Shown here one piece after another: positions 15,113 through 31,947 of a stretch of 64,000 nucleotides of DNA. The stretch comes from Eledone cirrhosa (taxonomy: Eukaryota). The notes under the pieces are model-generated. The model searched no databases. It saw nothing but the letters and a program-made list of their open reading frames with translations, and was not told where the DNA came from. Location: positions 8,866,001 through 8,930,000 of the forward strand of contig OZ024752.1 of assembly GCA_964016885.1 (NCBI GenBank), in the 5' to 3' direction. Every line of letters starts with the position of its first letter. Within the stretch, counting starts at the first letter, position 1. A program made the position numbers and the translations under genes.

Positions 15113-15514
15113 GTTGGTATGTATGTATGTATGTATGTTAGCGTTATCTATACTATAAGGATGTGCGTGTCTGTGGAATGCTCAGCCACTTGCACGTTAC
15201 TTTCAAGAGCCGGCTGTTTCATTGATCGGATCAACTAGAACACCCGTTGTCGTAACCGATAGGGTGCTAGTTACACACATACATACATACATGTATGTAT
15301 GTATAATATTGGACATGAATCCAAGTTGTATAGCAGGTACTAATCGAGTTGTTTGTGGCAATCACAAATCACTCAACGAGAAGTTAATCATTGTCGTCCA
15401 GGTAAACAGTCTTTTCCCTTATATATATATATAAAAGGTAAACAGAAATAACAACACAATCGGTACAGTATATGGAAGGGATATATTAGGTTAACGCTTG
15501 ATATAGCAGAAAGG

Positions 15515-15553
15515 GGTCTTAACGTTTCGGGCGATAGTCCTTCATCAGACGGA
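15515..15553 (-). ncRNA. Minimal hammerhead-like motif in a dispersed ~160 bp repeat (second, more degraded copy at 2675-2712)
   Basis: CTGATGA-aggactatcgccc-GAAAC-GTT. The sister copy has ggac-tagt-gtcc helix II but a mutated CCGATGG core. Helix I is weak. Confidence 0.45.
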
Positions 15554-15594
15554 AGAATGAGAAATAAGATAGATTGAGGGGACGGGCGGGCTGG

Positions 15595-15920
15595 AAGCTC
15601 TGAACATTAATCAGTATACACTGAGGATGAAGAACTCACAGCTGTACGGGAGCCTCTCAAAAGTGACACAGAGGAGACTGAGGTTAGCTGGACATGCTCA
15701 CCGACATCCAGAGTTGACACTGCACTCAGTGCTCCTGTGAGAGCCCCTACACAGACACACTAAAAGAAGGAGACCGATGTTAACATATGTTGATGCCCTA
15801 AGGACAGACACTGGTCTCTTGGAGACGCGGGACATGGCAGCGATAATGAGGGACAGAGACCGCTGGAGAGAACTCGTCCATGGATCTCGGGAATTTTACC
15901 CGCCCTAGATAGATAGATAT
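15595..15920 (+). mobile_element. RTE-clade LINE 3' relic
   Basis: Fragments RRLRLAGHAHRH...RRRPMLTYVDALRTDTG...MRDRDRWRELV followed by a (GATA)n tail. Confidence 0.7.
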
Positions 15921-16924
15921 ATATAAAATGCCCCCCTCCTCCACAAGCACTGACCCGGGTTAAGTGCTGTTGTGTTTTCACTCTCCACACAAAGGGAAAG
16001 ACAAATGTTGGTACAGAAACTCATTTATTCCAGTTGAGTGAACTGAAGCTACGTGAAATAAAATGTCTTGTTAAACGACAGAACGTGTCACCCAGTTCGG
16101 AAATCGAACTCAGAACCTCACGATTGCGAATCCAACTCTTTGACAGCTGCAGCTTGATAACGTCCGTCTCCTCCATACTTATATCTAGAGCGGGTTAGGT
16201 GTTAGTAAATCTGAATGATGTGTGAGGTAGGAATCATGGAGAATGCCTTAGCTATAGATATTTAGTTCGTGATTAGCTTTGTTTTTACAAATGTATTATT
16301 TACGAGTTTGGTATTCGATGGTCTTATCTACGAGATGTTTATTGTTGGCTTGGTTTTCTGAATGTATTGTTTACATATAGGGACATTAAATAAGACAAAA
16401 TGTCCCCAGAAATGCCGTTTGTCAATACGACTGTGCATGTATACCAGGCATGGACAACCTATTTTAGAATAGTGGGCTGCATAGAATGTGACCCATCATA
16501 AGGCTGGCCGCACTACTAAAGAAGTCAAAAGTCTATATAAGAATTTATATCATAAACGAACGCACCTCCACCACCGTTGTTTTGTATACATATGTCAATA
16601 ATATCCAATGTGTCATTTCTTTTTGAGGGAGTAGTGTTTGATTTAAAAGGAGATGGATTGGCTCGGTAGAGCGTTGGACAACAGACTTCGTGGTATTTTG
16701 TTCTGGTTCTTTATGTTTAGTGCTGGAGTACCTATAAGCTAGGGGCCACACACCGTCGGAGGCCTCAGTGTAGCCAGTGCTGGACTTACCAATAAGCTAA
16801 GTAAGCTATATTTTGGTGGGGATGAAAAGAAAAAAACCCCAGTAAAGTTTGTTAACTGCCATCTTTAAAAATCATTCGTTCACGTTTATTCACAGTTAAT
16901 GTGGTGTGGTAAATAAATATATAC

Positions 16925-17150
16925 ATATACACCAGGTCCTAACTCCCACTGTCACTGCCTCCGTCATTCCTGCTCTCCCCATGTCTCACTGTTGTGAACA
17001 AATGGGGACCCACGCATTGGACGCCTCCCGGCCCCGGTAAACAGAATAGAGGTGTTTCCCCAGAGGATGGTGAGGGAGACGCGCTGGAAGAGCGTTTCCA
17101 GTTCGTGAGGCTCACACCTGCGGGTAGCCAACTCTGTGGCGATGGTGGTG
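16925..17150 (-). mobile_element. CRE-like element 3' end relic (homologues at 33470-33575 on + and 38560-38710 on -)
   Basis: LFQRVSLTILWGNTSIL, FFQHVSLTILRGNAASIL and LTIFRGNDFSIL in the three copies, with a shared downstream UTR. Confidence 0.6.
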
Positions 17151-18660
17151 AGGACAGATCTATCAACTTTCCCTGTCCGAAGGGGAGATCTTCCATCCAC
17201 TTTGGGGTGGGTGAGAGATGTCCTCTCTTGTGAAAATGAGTATAGCTTTCATTTCTCTTCGTTTTGGGGCACTTTTTTCATGGTACTCCCCGTCTGGGTT
17301 TTTAGAGTTTGGCAGGTCTGTGAGGAGGGAGGTGGTCCTAGAGCCAAGGACACTAGAAGTCTCTACTGCAACGGGCTCACCCACAAACCTGTCGGAGAGC
17401 GGCCGATATTTTGAGAGTTTGCTCTCCTCGTCCCGAAGTGCAGCAGAGCCTGGATTAGTTGCAGACTGCATCAGGTTGCCGCTGTGTTATGTCCCTTTAC
17501 ACTCTGTGCCGATGGTGGTGAGAACAGACCTGTCAATTCTCCCCGTCCGACGGGAGATCTCCCAACCACTTTGGATTGGGTGAGAGATGGCTTCCCTTGT
17601 GAAAATTGGTATAGCTTTCATGATGTAAAATCCCGCCGAGGTTAACTTTGCCTTCCATCCTTACGGGGTCGATAAAATAAAGTACCAGTAATACACTGGT
17701 ATAATTGCTGGCCTTGTGCCAAAAGTAGAAACAATTATGTAAAATCTTCCCATTTCGCCTAATTTCTCCCCGTTTTGGGGCACTTTTTTTCATGGTACTC
17801 CCCGTTTAGCTTTTTAGAGGTTGGCAGGTCTGTGTTATATCCAACCTTCTGTCCAGTTGTGTATTGGGGGTCGTAAATGGTACAGAACCGATCTGATAAT
17901 TGTTTAAATCCTGACAGAGCCCACCATTCTTCTCCAGGTCTGAATACAGAGAAGGATAGAGGAAGAATCAACCCAGTTCATGACTGGTACTGTTTGTTTT
18001 TCGATCTTGAATAGATGAAACGCAAAAGTGACCTCTTTTTTCATGGTATTTTGGGGTGGGTGAGAGATGTCTTCTCTTATGAAAATGAATATAGCTTTCA
18101 TTATGTAAAATCTCTCCGTTTACCCTCCTCGGCCCGTAGTACTGCAGAGCCTGGGTTAGTCTCAGACTAACATGTCTTCTTATTACTGTTTTATTACTGT
18201 AAACTTGGCTTCTTATTACTGTTTCATATTGTTGTAGTCACAAGAAAAGCTGTAAATTCTGTAATTTCTTAGCTATTAAATAGTCGTAAATGATAAGCTG
18301 GAGATTTATAGGAAATTTAGTGAAGTGTATCACCTCAGGAGACACACGTCACTATCAGGCTCTTCTATAGAGGCAGTAACTACTATTACTAGCACTTCAG
18401 TAACTGCAACACCACCACTACACCACCACCACACCACCACTACCTTAGTAACTACACCACCACCACACGACCACTACCTTAGTAACTACACCACCACCAC
18501 ACCACCACTACCTTAGTAACTACACCACCACCACACCACCACCACACCACCACTACCTTAGTAACTACACCACCACCACACCACCACTACCTTAGTAACT
18601 ACACCACCACAACATTTCTGGATAGCAGACATTATTAACGTGTGTGTGTGGAGATGTTAT

Positions 18661-18728
18661 CTCTGTCTGACGACCGATCCAGACGTATATTAATATTGTC
18701 TGGCATTCAGAAACCTTTGGTAATGGAG
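18661..18728 (+). ncRNA. Hammerhead ribozyme motif (family B)
   Basis: ctctgt-CTGACGA-ccgatccagac...gtctggcattca-GAAAC-ctttg-GTA-atggag. Helix I has 6 bp including G-U pairs. Helix II has ccagac/gtctgg with an imperfect closing pair. Confidence 0.6.
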
Positions 18729-18781
18729 TAGTTATATTTTGTGTCGTTCACTTTCTAATTAAATATATATATATATGTATA

Positions 18782-19214
<433 letters not shown>

Positions 19215-19241
19215 GTATATATATATATATATGTATATATG

Positions 19242-19331
<90 letters not shown>

Positions 19332-19384
19332 TATACATATATATATATATTTAATTAGAAAGTGAACGACACAAAATATAACTA

Positions 19385-19452
19385 CTCCATTACCAAAGGT
19401 TTCTGAATGCCAGACAATATTAATATACGTCTGGATCGGTCGTCAGACAGAG
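19385..19452 (-). ncRNA. Hammerhead ribozyme motif (family B, inverted copy of 18661-18728)
   Basis: Exact reverse complement of 18661-18728. Confidence 0.55.
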
Positions 19453-19659
19453 ATAACATCTCCACACACACACGTTAATAATGTCTGCTATCCAGAAATG
19501 TTGTGGTGGTGTATTTACTAAGGTAGTGGTGGTGTGGTGGTGGTGTAGTTACTAAGGTAGTGGTGGTGTGGTGGTGGTGTAGTTACTAAGGTAGTGGTGG
19601 TGTGGTGGTGGTGTGGTGGTGGTGTAGTATATATGTATATATATATATATGCATATATG

Positions 19660-19691
<32 letters not shown>

Positions 19692-19773
19692 ATATAATAT
19701 ATATATAATATATATATAATATAATATATATATAATATATATATAATATATATATAATATAATATATATATAA

Positions 19774-19833
<60 letters not shown>

Positions 19834-19875
19834 ATATATGTATATATATATATATATGTATATATATAATATATG

Positions 19876-19909
<34 letters not shown>

Positions 19910-19916
19910 ATATATG

Positions 19917-19950
<34 letters not shown>

Positions 19951-19957
19951 ATATATG

Positions 19958-20013
<56 letters not shown>

Positions 20014-20102
20014 ATATATATATGTATATATATATATATATAATATATATATGTATATATATGTATATATATATATATATAATATATATATGTATATATA
20101 TG

Positions 20103-20133
<31 letters not shown>

Positions 20134-20176
20134 TATGTATATATCTATATATATATATATATATATAATATATATG

Positions 20177-20248
<72 letters not shown>

Positions 20249-20413
20249 TATGTATATATCTATATATATATATATATATATAATATATATGTATATATAT
20301 ATATATATATATAATATATATGTATATATATATATATATATATAATATAATATATATAATATATATATATATAATATAATATAATATATATATGTATATA
20401 TATATATATAATA

Positions 20414-20492
<79 letters not shown>

Positions 20493-21757
20493 TATGTATA
20501 TATCTATATATATATATATATATATAATATATATGTATATATATATATAATATAATATATATAATATATATATATATATAATATAATATAATATATATAT
20601 GTATATATATATATATAATATAATATATGTATATATATATATAATATATATATGTATATATATATATATAATATAATATATGTATATATATATATAATAT
20701 AATATATGTATATATATATATAATATAATATATGTATATATATATATATATAATATAATATATGTATATATATATATAATATAATATATATATGTATATA
20801 TATATATATATAATATAATATATATATGTATATATATAATATAATATATATGTATATATATAATATAATATATATATGTATATATATATATATATAATAT
20901 AATATATATGTATATATATAATATAATATATATATGTATATATATATATATATAATATAATATATATATGTATATATATATATATATAATATAATATATA
21001 TATGTATATATATATATATGTATAATATAATATATGTGTATATATATATAATATAATATATGTGTATATATATATAATATAATATATGTATATATATATA
21101 TATATATATAATATAATATATGTATATATATATATAATATAATATATATATATAATATAATATATATATGTATATATATATATATATATATAATATAATA
21201 TATGTATATATATAAATATAATATAATATATGTATATATATATATATAATATAATATATGTATATATATATATATTATATGTAAGTATATATATATATAA
21301 TATATGTATATATATATATAATATAATATATGTATATATATATTATATGTATGTATATATATATATAATATATGTATATATATATAATATAATATATGTA
21401 TATATATATATATAATATAATATATGTATATATATATAATATATGTATATATATATAATATATGTATATATATATATAATATAATATATGTATATATAAT
21501 ATAATATATGTATATATATATATGTAATATAATATATGTATATATATATATAATATAATATATGTATATATAATATAATATATGTATATATAATATAATA
21601 TATGTATATATATATATAATATATGTATGTATGTATATATATAATATAATATATGTATGTATTATATATATATAATATATATATATAATATATATAATAT
21701 AATATATGTATGTATATTATATATAATATATATATATATAATATATATAATATATAT

Positions 21758-21800
21758 ACGATGCTGACGATAGCTAATAAGCTTGAAACTAATACATCGT
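21758..21800 (+). ncRNA. Minimal hammerhead ribozyme motif (family D)
   Basis: acgatg-CTGACGA-tagctaataagctt-GAAAC-ta-ATA-catcgt. Perfect 6-bp helix I. Helix III carries a G>A change relative to the 29735 copy. Confidence 0.6.
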
Positions 21801-22118
21801 TCCTGTGTCAGCGTTGAACAAAAGGGCGACGATGGTTGCCGAGCATTGTGCGGCGTAATTCGGGCTGTTTGTTTACAAACAAACCGAACATTATAATAAA
21901 TGTTCGGTAAACCCATACGTACATATATATATATATATGTGTGCATGTATGTATATATATACATACTACTGTACGTCTGTACACATATATGTATGTACGT
22001 ATACATACTTATATTTAGGTATCAGCCGTACTAAGAGTAGGAAATGAAATTTCGTTTCAATCTTTTCCATATATATATATAATATATATATAATATATAT
22101 ATACACAATATAATATAT

Positions 22119-22150
<32 letters not shown>

Positions 22151-22393
22151 ACGGGAAACCTCTGGTAATGAGGTAATTATATTGTATTGATTTTTATACA
22201 TTATATATATATATATATATAATATAATATATATATAATATAATATATATATATATATATATATAATATAATATATATATATATATAATATAATATATAT
22301 ATATATATAGATACAATCTAAAACTACTTTTCATATGTTGATTTAAAACTGCACTATTCACAAATGTTTTTTAACCTTCATATCATGTCTTCC

Positions 22394-22464
22394 TATTTTA
22401 TCTGATGAAAACACAAATGTTATTGCATGATGATATTTGTTTTTGAAATGCGCATAATAAAATA
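22394..22464 (+). ncRNA. Type I hammerhead ribozyme motif, apparently intact
   Basis: tattttat-CTGATGA-aaacacaaatgttatt(gcat)gatgatatttgttttt-GAAAT-GCGC-ATA-ataaaata. Helix I is 8 bp and perfect, helix II is ~16 bp with one C.U mismatch, and helix III is the palindrome AUGCGCAU. Confidence 0.82.
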
Positions 22465-22499
22465 CATGGAACTCTTTTAACCATCTTTTGATCTTATAT

Positions 22500-22567
<68 letters not shown>

Positions 22568-22667
22568 TATATATATATATATATAAAATATATATATATA
22601 TATATATATAAAATATATATATATATATATAAAATATATATATATATATATATAAAATATATATATA

Positions 22668-22715
<48 letters not shown>

Positions 22716-22883
22716 TATATATACATAATATATATATATACATAATATAATATATATATATTATATATATATATAACATATATATATAATATTATATAAT
22801 GTATATATATATATTTATATATATATATATTTATACATACGTTCGAAATAGTAACACATACACACACTCTCACACATACATAT

Positions 22884-22995
<112 letters not shown>

Positions 22996-23008
22996 ATATT
23001 TATATATA

Positions 23009-23223
<215 letters not shown>

Positions 23224-23266
23224 ATATTTATATATATATTTATATATATATATATATTTATATATT

Positions 23267-23323
<57 letters not shown>

Positions 23324-23336
23324 ATATTTATATATT

Positions 23337-23375
<39 letters not shown>

Positions 23376-23452
23376 ATTTATATATTTATATATATATATA
23401 TATACATTTATATATATATATTTATATATATATATATTTATATATATATATT

Positions 23453-23551
<99 letters not shown>

Positions 23552-23568
23552 ATTTATATATATATATT

Positions 23569-23599
<31 letters not shown>

Positions 23600-23620
23600 A
23601 TTTATATAAATATATATATT

Positions 23621-23905
<285 letters not shown>

Positions 23906-23908
23906 ATT

Positions 23909-23963
<55 letters not shown>

Positions 23964-24000
23964 ATATATTTATATATATATATATTTATATATATATATT

Positions 24001-24048
<48 letters not shown>

Positions 24049-24050
<2 letters not shown>

Positions 24051-24264
24051 ACGAAGGAAATGTGGTAAGGAACCAGGTGGACCATAACGCACCAAAGTAC
24101 TCAATACTTGAGGTAGAAGAGTGTGTAATAGGAACCAGTAAGACCCCGACAGCTGAGCTCAAGCTGTTTCGACGGCTAATTCTGGACTAAAAACCATTTT
24201 TAGTCCAGAATTAGCCGTCGAAACGGCTTGAGCTCAGCTGTCGGGGTCTTACTGGTTCCTATTA
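24049..24264 (-). mobile_element. Fold-back mini-element in (TA)n, family C copy 3
   Basis: Longest centre (ctggactaaaaa-cca-tttttagtccag). Isolated inside a multi-kb TA tract. Confidence 0.78.
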
Positions 24265-24270
24265 TATATT

Positions 24271-24301
<31 letters not shown>

Positions 24302-24312
24302 TTATATATATA

Positions 24313-24362
<50 letters not shown>

Positions 24363-24380
24363 TATATATATATATTTATA

Positions 24381-24567
<187 letters not shown>

Positions 24568-24572
24568 ATATA

Positions 24573-24706
<134 letters not shown>

Positions 24707-24734
24707 TATATATATATATTTATATATATATATT

Positions 24735-24857
<123 letters not shown>

Positions 24858-24860
24858 ATT

Positions 24861-24891
<31 letters not shown>

Positions 24892-24914
24892 ATTTATATA
24901 TTTATATATATATT

Positions 24915-24981
<67 letters not shown>

Positions 24982-24998
24982 ATATTTATATATATATT

Positions 24999-25148
<150 letters not shown>

Positions 25149-25162
25149 TATATATATATATT

Positions 25163-25194
<32 letters not shown>

Positions 25195-25216
25195 TATATA
25201 TTTATATATATATATT

Positions 25217-25301
<85 letters not shown>

Positions 25302-25328
25302 ATATATATATTTATTTATATATATATA

Positions 25329-25433
<105 letters not shown>

Positions 25434-26111
25434 ATATATAGAGGAAAGGTGAGGAAGGAAGTGTAGTACCACTTAAAATATCTCCGAAATAGAAGATTTC
25501 TAAATTCCTCAGAATCAACCATTGAGAGTCTTTGATAGTTTCTAGCTTTCACTTGTGTTCACTTCTCATATTAAACCGCATGCGCTAACACCCAATCTGT
25601 GTTTGATTAATCGCCAACGGGGGAGCCTCTACTGTTCACACTGCTAGTAAAAGCAGCCAAGTCTTCTCCATATTACAGGTAAAATTCCCTTATAACGAAT
25701 ACCATTATAATATATAAGAACCCTAGAGTACATCCCGAGCAACGCCAGGTCATTCTGCTCATATAATACTAAAAGGGCTCATAATGGGAAAATGCTTTGA
25801 AAGGAAGTTGTCCCTGAAATGGGAATACAAATGGAATAAAACAAGTTTCGCGTAAAGCGCGAATTTACATATTTTTCACTGAGAGGTTGATAATTTATCC
25901 AATGAGTGTTGGCTACGCTACTAAACCTTTTAAATCTGTATTAGCCATATTGGTGAAGCACTTTTTAATTGGTACCTCCAGCCAAAGAGGTTCACAAACC
26001 AAGGTATATCTTACTACTAACAATATAGACGAGGAAACGATTTCTAATGATTCAAAAAAATAATTGGGTGTTAACGAAATACAACATTGCATTAGACCCC
26101 CCCCCCCCCCC

Positions 26112-26560
26112 GAGTAACAGGGAAAGGGGAGAGGGGGAGTTAGACCACCAGAGTAACAGGGAAAGGGGAGAGGGGGAGTTAGACCACCAGAGTAACAGGG
26201 AAGGGGGGGGGGGAGTTAGACCCCCAGAGTAACAGAGAGAGGGGGAGAGGGGGAGTTAGACCCCCAGAGTAACAGGGAAAGAGAGAGGGGGAGTTAGACC
26301 ACCAGAGTATCAGGGAAAGGGGCTGAGGGGGAGTTAGACCCCCAGAGTAACAGGGAAAGGGGGAGGGGGTGAGTTATACCCCAGAGTAACAGGGAAAGGG
26401 GTGATGGGGAGTTAGACCCCCAGAGTAACAGGGAAAGGGAGAGGGGGAGTTAGACCCCCAGAGTAACAGAGAAAGGAGGAGAGGGGGAGTTAGATCCCCA
26501 GAGTAACAGGGAAAGGGTGGAGGGTGAGTTAGACCCCCAGAGTAACAGAGAAAGAGGGGG
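26112..26560. repeat. ~37-bp G-rich minisatellite
   Basis: Unit gagggggagttagacccccagagtaacagggaaaggg with variable G/A tract. Confidence 0.9.
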
Positions 26561-27129
26561 AGAGAGGGCGAGAAAAACATCACACTAACAATTCAGTTGT
26601 AATTTGTTGTTAAAGTTTCACATCTGTTTGACATCTGCAAAGAAAAACTTTTGACATCTCATAAATCCCGATCCCAATTAGATTCAAGAGAATAAAATGA
26701 AGTGACCCTGAAAATAGTATGAAATAGCAACCAGTAATTTACTCTGAAGCTGACTCTTACAACAAACACATTACATATTTTACACCACAACTGGTGTAGA
26801 CTTTACCCTATTCGCATGATATAACACTGAAACTTGATAAAACAAATATATACTGTTTGTTCAACAAGATAGGCCACAATTTGTAAGGGTGTGAATGTGT
26901 GTGATTCTTATCACTTTTAAATTTAGTTGCTTGTATCAACACATTACTGATACACGTATAATTGACTCCAGAAGGTTTAATGTATAACTCAACCTCCGCA
27001 GGAATGTAGTTGAACCCGGAAGGTTTTAAGTCCCATGCGTTACATCTCAGCCAAATATGTTGTTACTGGGCTCAATCTGTCATCTATAATGCCCTACCCG
27101 CCCTCCCCAATGTCTGGATTCTCTTCCAA

Positions 27130-28082
27130 CTCATCTTCCTTCCTTGTGGCTTATCTCCCTTCCCTGTGGCTCAGCTACCTTCAATGAACCCTCCTTCCTT
27201 GTGGCTCAGCTCTCTTCCCCGTGGCTCAGCTTCCTCCCCTGTAGCTCAGCTTCCTTCCCTATGGCTCATCTCCCTTCCTTGTGGCTCATCTCCCTTCTCT
27301 GTGGCTCATCTCCCTTCTCTGTGGCTCATCTCCCTTCTCTGTGGCTCAGCTTCCTTCAGTGAACCCTCCTTCCTTGTGGCTCATTTCCCTTCCTTGTGGC
27401 TAATTTCCCTTCCTCGTGGCTCATATCCCTTCCTGGTGACTCATCTCCCTTCCTTGTGGATCATCTCCCCTCCCTGTGGATTATCTACCCTCCCTGTGGC
27501 TCATCTTCCCTCCCTGTGGCTCATCTCCCATCCCTGTGGCTCATCTACCTTCCTGGTGGCTCATCTCCCCTCCCTGTGGCTCATCTCCCTTCCCTGTAGA
27601 TCAGCTCCCTCCCTTGTGGCTCATCTCCCCTCCCTATGGTCCGGCTCCCTTCCCTGTGGATCAGCTCCCCTCCCTGTGGCTTATCTCCCTTCTTTGGGGC
27701 TCAGCTTCCCTCCTTGTGGATTAGCTCCCCTACTGTGACTCATCTCCCTACCTTGTGGATCATCACCCTACCTTGTGGATCAGCTCCATTCCCTGTGATT
27801 CATCTCCCTTCGTTGTGGATCAGCTCCCTTCCCTGTGGATCATCTCCCTTCTTTGTGGCTCATCTCCGTTCCTTGTGACTTAGCTCCCCTCCTTGTGGAT
27901 CATCTTACTTCCCTGTGATTCATCTTCCTTCCCCGTGACTCATCTTCCTTCCCTGTGGGTCAACTCCCTTCCCTGTGGACCAGCACCCTTCCCTGTAGCT
28001 CAACTCCTTGTGACTCAGCTCCATTCTCTGTGACTCAGCTCCATTCCCTGTGTCTCAGCTCCCTTCCCTGTGGCTCAGCTCT
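27130..28082. repeat. Degenerate ~20-bp pyrimidine-rich minisatellite
   Basis: Unit ctcccttccctgtggctca(t/g). Confidence 0.9.
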
Positions 28083-28089
28083 CTACAGT

Positions 28090-28570
28090 ACGCCTTCGAA
28101 ACTTCTGTTTTTCTGGCGCCCAACCTCATAACTGCTCTTATCTTATCTTTCTCCAGCCTATATTCCTATCGTTGTCAGGCGCTCCTTCACTCCTTAAACA
28201 CCTCAAATTTGGCAAACTCACATGTTCCTGATCTCGATGTCTTACTTGTCTTTTCATCTCTCACAAAACCACTTGCAAACTCTACATTGTATTATACACA
28301 GGTAAAACTGATTGACATCTAGAAGATAGGGTCGGCGAACATTTTGTTGGACGTTCTTAAGACCGTGCAGAGAGTTGTTGCACATTCTTGAGACCGTGCA
28401 AGGAGTCGTCAAAACCATATGACATTTTAACTCGTCTGGTCTCTCCCTCAGTATATAATGTTCTCCAATGGGCTCTGACGAGACCCGCAAACTCAAAGAA
28501 AAACATTTTATCTTCAGCCTGGGTACATCTTTTCTAAAGGGTCTTAATACACATCTCGGCTTCCTCTGAC
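28090..28570 (+). pseudogene. Degenerate Penelope-like GIY-YIG endonuclease C-terminus
   Basis: Frameshifted, stop-interrupted fragments YTGKTD*HLEDRVGEH, *HFNSSGLSL and ETRKLKEKHFIFSLGTSFLKGLN match the YIGxT..R..EH / HFN / E...I..L.T...GLN motifs of Penelope-like elements. Confidence 0.75.
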
Positions 28571-29004
28571 TTCCACCTACTCTAAAATACAACACTTTTT
28601 GTAGACGTGCATTTGTTTGTGTTGTTTGTTGTTCTATGTTAAGTGCGGTTGCGTACATACACTGCGAATATGAGTGTATTTACTATGTATAGTACATATA
28701 AGGTATATATAGTTGTAGTAGTGGAGACTTATATAAGACACACGTGCATGCCCTACGTGTAACTATTGCATACACGAACTACTTCTAACTATCCTCTTGC
28801 ATTATCTTCGTAAACTGCCAATGTTGTATTATAACTTTAATTTTTTTGTAATTTTCTTTTAATATAACTTTAATCTTTGAATGTATATTGCCATGCTAAA
28901 ATATTATAATGGATGTCAACCCACTGTGCATCGATATATACATATGTTTCTGTATGTCTCTTGTGTTGGAAAGGAGGTCATGTATGTAAACAATCATTGA
29001 AAAA

Positions 29005-29053
29005 TTGCTCCGAAGACTCCAAACCTCGGTTTGGAAGAAACAATTGTAAGCGA
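29005..29053 (+). ncRNA. Hammerhead ribozyme motif with core U>C change, downstream of the Penelope relic
   Basis: ttgct-CCGAAGA-ctccaaac(ctcg)gtttggaa-GAAAC-AATT-GTA-agcga. All three helices form and helix III is the palindrome ACAAUUGU. Confidence 0.65.
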
Positions 29054-29090
29054 ATAAATGGTTTGAACAGAACTTTGATTCATGTAATTT

Positions 29091-29123
<33 letters not shown>

Positions 29124-29296
29124 TTGTAATAAAATGAAAACGAAATTTCATTTCTCACTCTTAGTACGGCACTTACTTAACACCGTGCGGCATAAATTCA
29201 GGCTGTTCAGTTTGTTTACAAACGAACAAAGCGGGCGCTATAATAAGCGTCCGCTAAACTGATACGTACATATATGTATGTGTACCTGTATGTATG

Positions 29297-29352
<56 letters not shown>

Positions 29353-29403
29353 TGCTACTGTACGTCTGTATACATATATGTATGTACGTATACATACATA
29401 CTT

Positions 29404-29519
<116 letters not shown>

Positions 29520-29734
29520 GGAAAAAATGAAACGAAATTTCATTTCTCACTCATAATACGGCTGTTACTTAAATATAAATATCTATACGTACATACATAT
29601 ATGTATACATACGTACAGTAGTATGTATATATATATATACATACATGCACACATATATATACGTATGCTCAGCCGTTAATAGGCATAAGGAAAGTATATA
29701 CTTTCAGACGTTCAATCATCTGGTAGGAAGGTAT

Positions 29735-29777
29735 ACGGTGCTGATGATAGCTAATAAGCTTGAAACTAGTACAGCGT
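29735..29777 (+). ncRNA. Minimal hammerhead ribozyme motif (family D)
   Basis: acggtg-CTGATGA-tagctaataagctt-GAAAC-TA-GTA-cagcgt. Helix III is the palindrome ACUAGU and the triplet is GUA. Confidence 0.7.
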
Positions 29778-29986
29778 TCCTTTGTCAGTGTTGAACAAAC
29801 GAGCAACGATGGTTGCTGGACACTATGGGTTAATTCGGGATGTTTGTTTACAAACACACCGAGCATTATAATAAATGTTCGGTAAATCCATACGTACATA
29901 TATATATATATATATGTGTGCCTGTATGTATGTATATATACATACTACTGTACGTCTGTATACATATATGTATGTACGTATACATA

Positions 29987-30031
<45 letters not shown>

Positions 30032-30051
30032 TATATATATATAATACATAT

Positions 30052-30204
<153 letters not shown>

Positions 30205-30277
30205 CATATACATAAATCTATCTATCTATATATATATATATACATACATATATATATACATACATACATATATATAC

Positions 30278-30314
<37 letters not shown>

Positions 30315-30485
30315 CATACACATATATATATATATATACATACATATATATATATACATACATATATATCTATATATATATATACATACATATATATATA
30401 TATACATACATATATATATATACATACATATATATCTATATATACATACATATATATCTATATACATACATATATATATATATAT

Positions 30486-30546
<61 letters not shown>

Positions 30547-30635
30547 CATATATATATCTATATACATACATATATATATATACATACATATATATCTATA
30601 TATACGTACATATATATCTATATATATATATATAT

Positions 30636-30703
<68 letters not shown>

Positions 30704-30736
30704 ATATATATATATATATATATACATATATATATC

Positions 30737-30800
<64 letters not shown>

Positions 30801-30808
30801 TATATCTA

Positions 30809-30911
<103 letters not shown>

Positions 30912-30918
30912 CATATAT

Positions 30919-30957
<39 letters not shown>

Positions 30958-31029
30958 CATATATATATCTCTCTCTATATATATATATACATATATATAT
31001 CTACATATATATATATATACATATATATA

Positions 31030-31065
<36 letters not shown>

Positions 31066-31105
31066 TATATCTCTCTCTCTATATATATATATATATAGAT
31101 AGATA

Positions 31106-31148
<43 letters not shown>

Positions 31149-31193
31149 ATATATACATATATATATCTATATATATATATATATATATAATAT

Positions 31194-31236
<43 letters not shown>

Positions 31237-31267
31237 TATATAGATATATATATATATATATATATAT

Positions 31268-31327
<60 letters not shown>

Positions 31328-31590
31328 CATATATATATATATATATCTATATATATATATATATATATATACATACATATATATATATATATCTATATAT
31401 ATATATATATATATACATACATATATATATATATATCTATATATATATATATATATATACATACATATATATATATATATATCTATATATATATATATAT
31501 ACATACATATATATATATATATCTATATATCTATATATATATACATACATATATATATCTATCTATCTATATATATATATATATATATAT

Positions 31591-31672
<82 letters not shown>

Positions 31673-31947
31673 TAAAACATGTCTATAGAATCACCAGATA
31701 AAATATATACCATTTCCTCTCCCAATTAGCATAATTAACCATATAAAAAAATCGATTAGACCAAGCTATAAGAATAAAGGCTTCTATGAAGAAATCTCCG
31801 CCAAACAACCGAAAGCAGCCCTTCGCGCCGGCTGCGACGGAGTATTTATCGAGTATTTCGACAGCGTGTACATATCGCCCAGATATACAGTCAACTAAAC
31901 AGAATTAGGTGTAAAATAAACTAGGAGAAAAGTGAACATATTTAGTT

